Notes under the pieces: model-generated
What the model was told of the DNA's origin: nothing
Seen by the model: the letters and a program-made list of their open reading frames with translations, nothing else
The model's database searches: none
Translations under genes and position numbers: made by a program
NCBI GenBank assembly: GCA_045837725.1
Contig: JBEWZL010000163.1
Location: 310,001 to 374,000, forward strand
Origin: Vermamoeba vermiformis
Taxonomy: Eukaryota
Direction of reading: 5' to 3'
DNA: 64,000 nt
In this document: one piece after another, positions 60,435 to 64,000 of the stretch
How positions within the stretch are numbered: the first letter of the stretch is position 1
How the letters are laid out: each line of letters opens with the position of its first letter

Positions 60435-61050
60435 ATGTCTGCCGACTACTTCTTCATCGTCTCTGAACACAACCCCAACCTCGTCTTGGACATTGAAGGC
60501 GGATCTGCCAACCAAGGTGCCAAGCTCATCACCTGGACTTACCACGGTGGCGAGAACCAACGCTTCAGGTAATTATTAATATTTATATACGATACATTGC
60601 TCTGAATTAGATATTGATCGATTTGATACAGATTCAACCCTCAAGGCTTTATCGTCTCTGCCAAATCCGGCCTTGTTTTGGACGTTGAAGGTGGTCCCAA
60701 CCAAGGTGCTAAGATCATCCAATGGCCCGCTCACGGTGGTGCCAACCAAAGATGGAGATTGCACAAGGTAAGTTTGGATTTGCAAAGTATGAAAGTTCGC
60801 AAGAGTTGTACTTACAAAAATCTATTCATAGGACGGTACTATCAGACTCGAAAACTCCAACCTCGCCATCGATATTGAAGGTGGATCGACTCAACAAGGT
60901 AAGTTCACGTTCCTGAAAAGATACTTCTGTGTTTTTTGTTTTCGTTGCGGAATCTGATCCCGAATTTTCTTTGTAGGTGCTAAACTTGTTGCTTGGCCCG
61001 TCCACGGTAACACCAACCAAAGATGGAGAATCGTCAACCACTGGCATTAA
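60435..61050 (+). CDS. Ricin B-type (beta-trefoil) lectin, single domain, no signal peptide, 4 exons
   Basis: Three repeats LVLDIEGG..NQGAKL..W..HGGENQRF, LVLDVEGG.NQGAKI..W..HGGANQRW and LAIDIEGG..QQGAKL..W..HGNTNQRW (QxW motifs). Confidence 0.92.
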
Positions 61051-61530
61051 GTTGGTTCGTTCTTGCGCAATTTTGTCTATCTCGATCGAGCAATTCTGTT
61101 TATAATAAATAAGGATCTTGCGTGCAAGATTCATTTGTAAAAAAATATTGTTTGATTTATGAGCTATTTCTTTGGTTTAACCTGAAACTGTGTCAAATCT
61201 TAATCTGCTGGCCTGATTTGCTGTCCTGGACAAAACAGACGGACTCTTAGGCGTTAACATATTCGCAGAAGGTTAGTGGCGATATAAACTTAGATTGTAT
61301 TTCAAACGGTGCTTGTGGTGTTGGATTCACGCGGCTAGTTGAGAAAAAAATCCTCTCCTGTCCAACGACTAAATTTTTATCCACGAGTGAGCAGTGTATC
61401 ATAGGTGAGAATAATTGCAAGCACTGGATATATAGACGCTGCAAATATCAATAGACTGTTGCGGGCGATCCTGGATGAAACGATCTGTTATTCACCGTCG
61501 CTGATTTTATTATAATAGGCTTATAAAAAA

Positions 61531-62888
61531 ATGCTTACTCAAATATGCCGTCAATTGGCTGTTGCCAGGTAAATAGATATTCAATTATTGAAATAATGAA
61601 CGCATCTATTTCAAAAATTATTTTTAAATAACCATGCGGCTCAATAAATGTAATTAATATTTATTTAATGATTTAATTACAATGTACATGCACCCATACA
61701 TTTTAGTGATCATCACACCCCTAGGAATTAATTTTAATTTTTTATGTCAGATCAAGCCCAGTTCTGGTGGCTTCTCAACGAACAACAGGTAAGATTTATA
61801 AATATTATGCAATAAATTATTTTTATTTATACTATTAATGCGATTGGCGACGACAGACAATAATTTATATCTTACGACAGGATCTTTATTCTCAATTTCA
61901 CGCCGCTCTTATGCTAAAGAAGCAGCACCTCTAACAGGTAATTATTTCGATTAAAATTGATATTTGCACGAGAAGAGACCGCTTTAGCGCGATCGCGAAC
62001 CATCGTACAGAATGGTCGATCCGTCAGACGCTGGATCGTGGCTTAATTAACCCGACTTTTATGTACTTCGAGTATCTTATTAAATTCTGGTCTTATTAGG
62101 TCCTGGTTTTACTCCTGAAGGCAAAGCTAAATTAGAAGGTAAGATTATTTTCGCAAGATCTATTCGGCCGTTACACGCGGCTTGTACATTACATCTTTTC
62201 GTAACAATGCTTGCGCACGTGCATTTACAATCGATAATACGATGTTATGATATATTCCGTATTATGGACATATTTTAACCAATATAATCGTAATGTGGGA
62301 TCCGACCACTTTGCACGGTGAAATCACCGCAATATAAATAGTACTATAATCTCTCTATGATACAGAAGATAATGTCCGTAGTACCTTCAAAAATATTATA
62401 TTCATAATATACATACCGCTATATTTACAACATTACTAATGTGCGTTTTTCTGCTGGATCCAGAGAACAAACAAAAGCTGTACAAATTTATCCACGACGC
62501 GTTGGGCAATGAAGAAGAGGCCAAGCGTATTTTCCACTACTTGAAGCACAGATCTAACCCCAAGCAACGCATATACGACGTAGAACGATTCCGCCGATTG
62601 GTGTTGGATCCGCACAACTTTGCTCAAGTCCCTGAAACCAAAATTAACCAAGACCAAAAGAAGAGGTTGCTGGCCTACGCCTTCGAGTCTGTAAATAGCA
62701 AGTGGAAGGTCGATTACAAGATGTTGGACGACATCAAGTTGCCGAAGAGGACGGAAGCATCGATCAAGGCCCGCGAACAGAAGCGCGAGAAGAAGAGATT
62801 GCGCGCTGAATATGATGCTTCAGTGAAACAAGAAAAAGAAAGACAATTGCGCGAACAAGCGGAGAAGTTGGTGGCTGGTCAACAATAA
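61531..62888 (+). CDS. Small basic protein with a predicted mitochondrial presequence, 5 exons
   Basis: Assembled N-terminus MLTQICRQLAVARSSPVLVASQRTTGSLFSISRRSYAK (Arg/Ser-rich, acid-free, R-x-Y/A cleavage-like) is joined to ORF 62439..62888. Confidence 0.68.
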
Positions 62889-63727
62889 GAAAGAAAGTAC
62901 CTCTGCGGTAAAAAAAATATGAATAACAAAAAGAGATAAAAAGCGACTAAATAGGATATTTAAATTGTTCTATCAATAAAGTAAGTTTTCTGGGACGGAT
63001 CTTCGCGCATACTAAAATCTTCCTTAGGGTTAAAATTGAATCCCACAGTGGGACCGGTCAAAAAAAATGTCGTGCTTTTTTTGGTACAAGTTCTGCTACA
63101 CTTCGTAGGAACTTTCGATTTTCACTTGTTTTGGAAATAATTGTTTTTCCTATTTTTAGGTCAGGCGAATAGGAACGCTCTGATTCGTCAGTTTTGAAAT
63201 TAAAGAAACTTCGTTTGTAGTGCACTATTAATTCATCTGGCATGTGAAACTCAGTATGTTGAATATTTACTTTGAGTGGCCGGTTGGGGTTTTTCGGCTA
63301 AGTTAGCAGGATTTTCGGATTTGGTGAATCCAAGTTGATCTGCGAATGTAGTCGAGTGTAGTCATGGATCTCGCAAATTCTACGGGCAATACCATACCAA
63401 AACACAAACTTTCCGTAGAGGCCCTATGGCGCTCTTTGGCGCTGTGCAGATCCACGCGGATAAGATCTTGCGGGTCGCTTTTTCGATTGAAGAGCAGGCT
63501 GTATGCGATTGGTGGCGAAATCTCGTTCAAGCTTATTGTCGACCACATGCAGGCAATTGTATCATCTGTAACAACGCTGCTATTGCTTCAGCCAGATCGA
63601 AGCTCAAATCGTTTGAAAGCGCTGTTTGCGGCAGGCAGAAGAATAAACATTAGAATACACAGTGCAAAACAAGGAGCCTGGATTTGCCACTAGCGACCGA
63701 TACCCTTCCATTTTTGGATAAAAGACT

Positions 63728-63836
63728 ATTACGCCATTGGTCAGCGTTATTTTAAGAGCGACCAATTGAATCAATAGGCACCTCCTATTTAGGGATTACG
63801 CTATTGGTCAGTTATTTTAAGAGCGGCCAATAGAAT
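63728..63836. repeat. Imperfect ~43-bp direct repeat, each unit bracketed by inverted ATTGG...CCAAT boxes
   Basis: attacgccattggtcagcgttattttaagagcgaccaattgaat (63728-63771) and attacgctattggtcagttattttaagagcggccaatagaat (63795-63836). Confidence 0.8.
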
Positions 63837-64000
63837 TATTTAGCAAACAAGTCCTATAACCGCATGAGGGTCGTAGGTCAGGCGATATCTTTGAATTGAG
63901 ATACAGTATAATGGCTACTACAGCGCTGTACATTATATTGATATACAGCTTATTTGCAAGCATTCGGGCGGATGTTTTAATACAGCTCAACAACCAGACA

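Noticed and set aside
63303-63693. Overlapping short ORFs on both strands
   Set aside because: No motifs, no consistent splice structure and no clear coding bias.
1-64000. Prokaryotic systems (CRISPR arrays, operons, defence islands) and rRNA/tRNA genes
   Set aside because: The sequence is spliceosomal-intron-rich eukaryotic DNA. No regularly spaced repeat-spacer array or cloverleaf/rRNA signature was seen by eye.

Overview
Gene-dense, intron-rich eukaryotic nuclear DNA with short AT-rich GT-AG introns and CTAAC/CTAAT-type branch points. The ORF track therefore shows mostly exon fragments, and the gene models below were assembled by eye. A Dictyostelium-type STAT gene points to an amoebozoan (inference). 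About 26 protein genes are present. Recognisable ones are an ACSS3/PrpE-type acyl-CoA synthetase, a divergent CCT/BBS-like chaperonin, STAT, an Arf-family GTPase, a GGCX-like carboxylase, NOM1/Sgd1, a PHP-domain membrane protein, an intronless Fic protein, a P2B Ca-ATPase, NUDCD2, ARPC1, ADA2, FPGS, four F-box proteins, a ZNF511-like protein and a ricin-B lectin. Three observations stand out. (1) A 932-nt intron of the ZNF511-like gene (55564-56495) carries extensive sense-strand-specific RNA structure: nested stems, G-U-rich hairpins, a cUUCGg tetraloop and a pseudoknot. I could not match it to a known RNA family by eye. (2) A 1114-bp non-autonomous DNA transposon (40978-42091) has perfect 90-bp TIRs and an 8-bp TSD. 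(3) Immediately downstream of that element lies a gene with an unusual PARP-type zinc finger + F-box + LRR-like architecture. No rRNA, tRNA or CRISPR array was recognised. Exon boundaries and family assignments come from motif recognition only, not from database searches.
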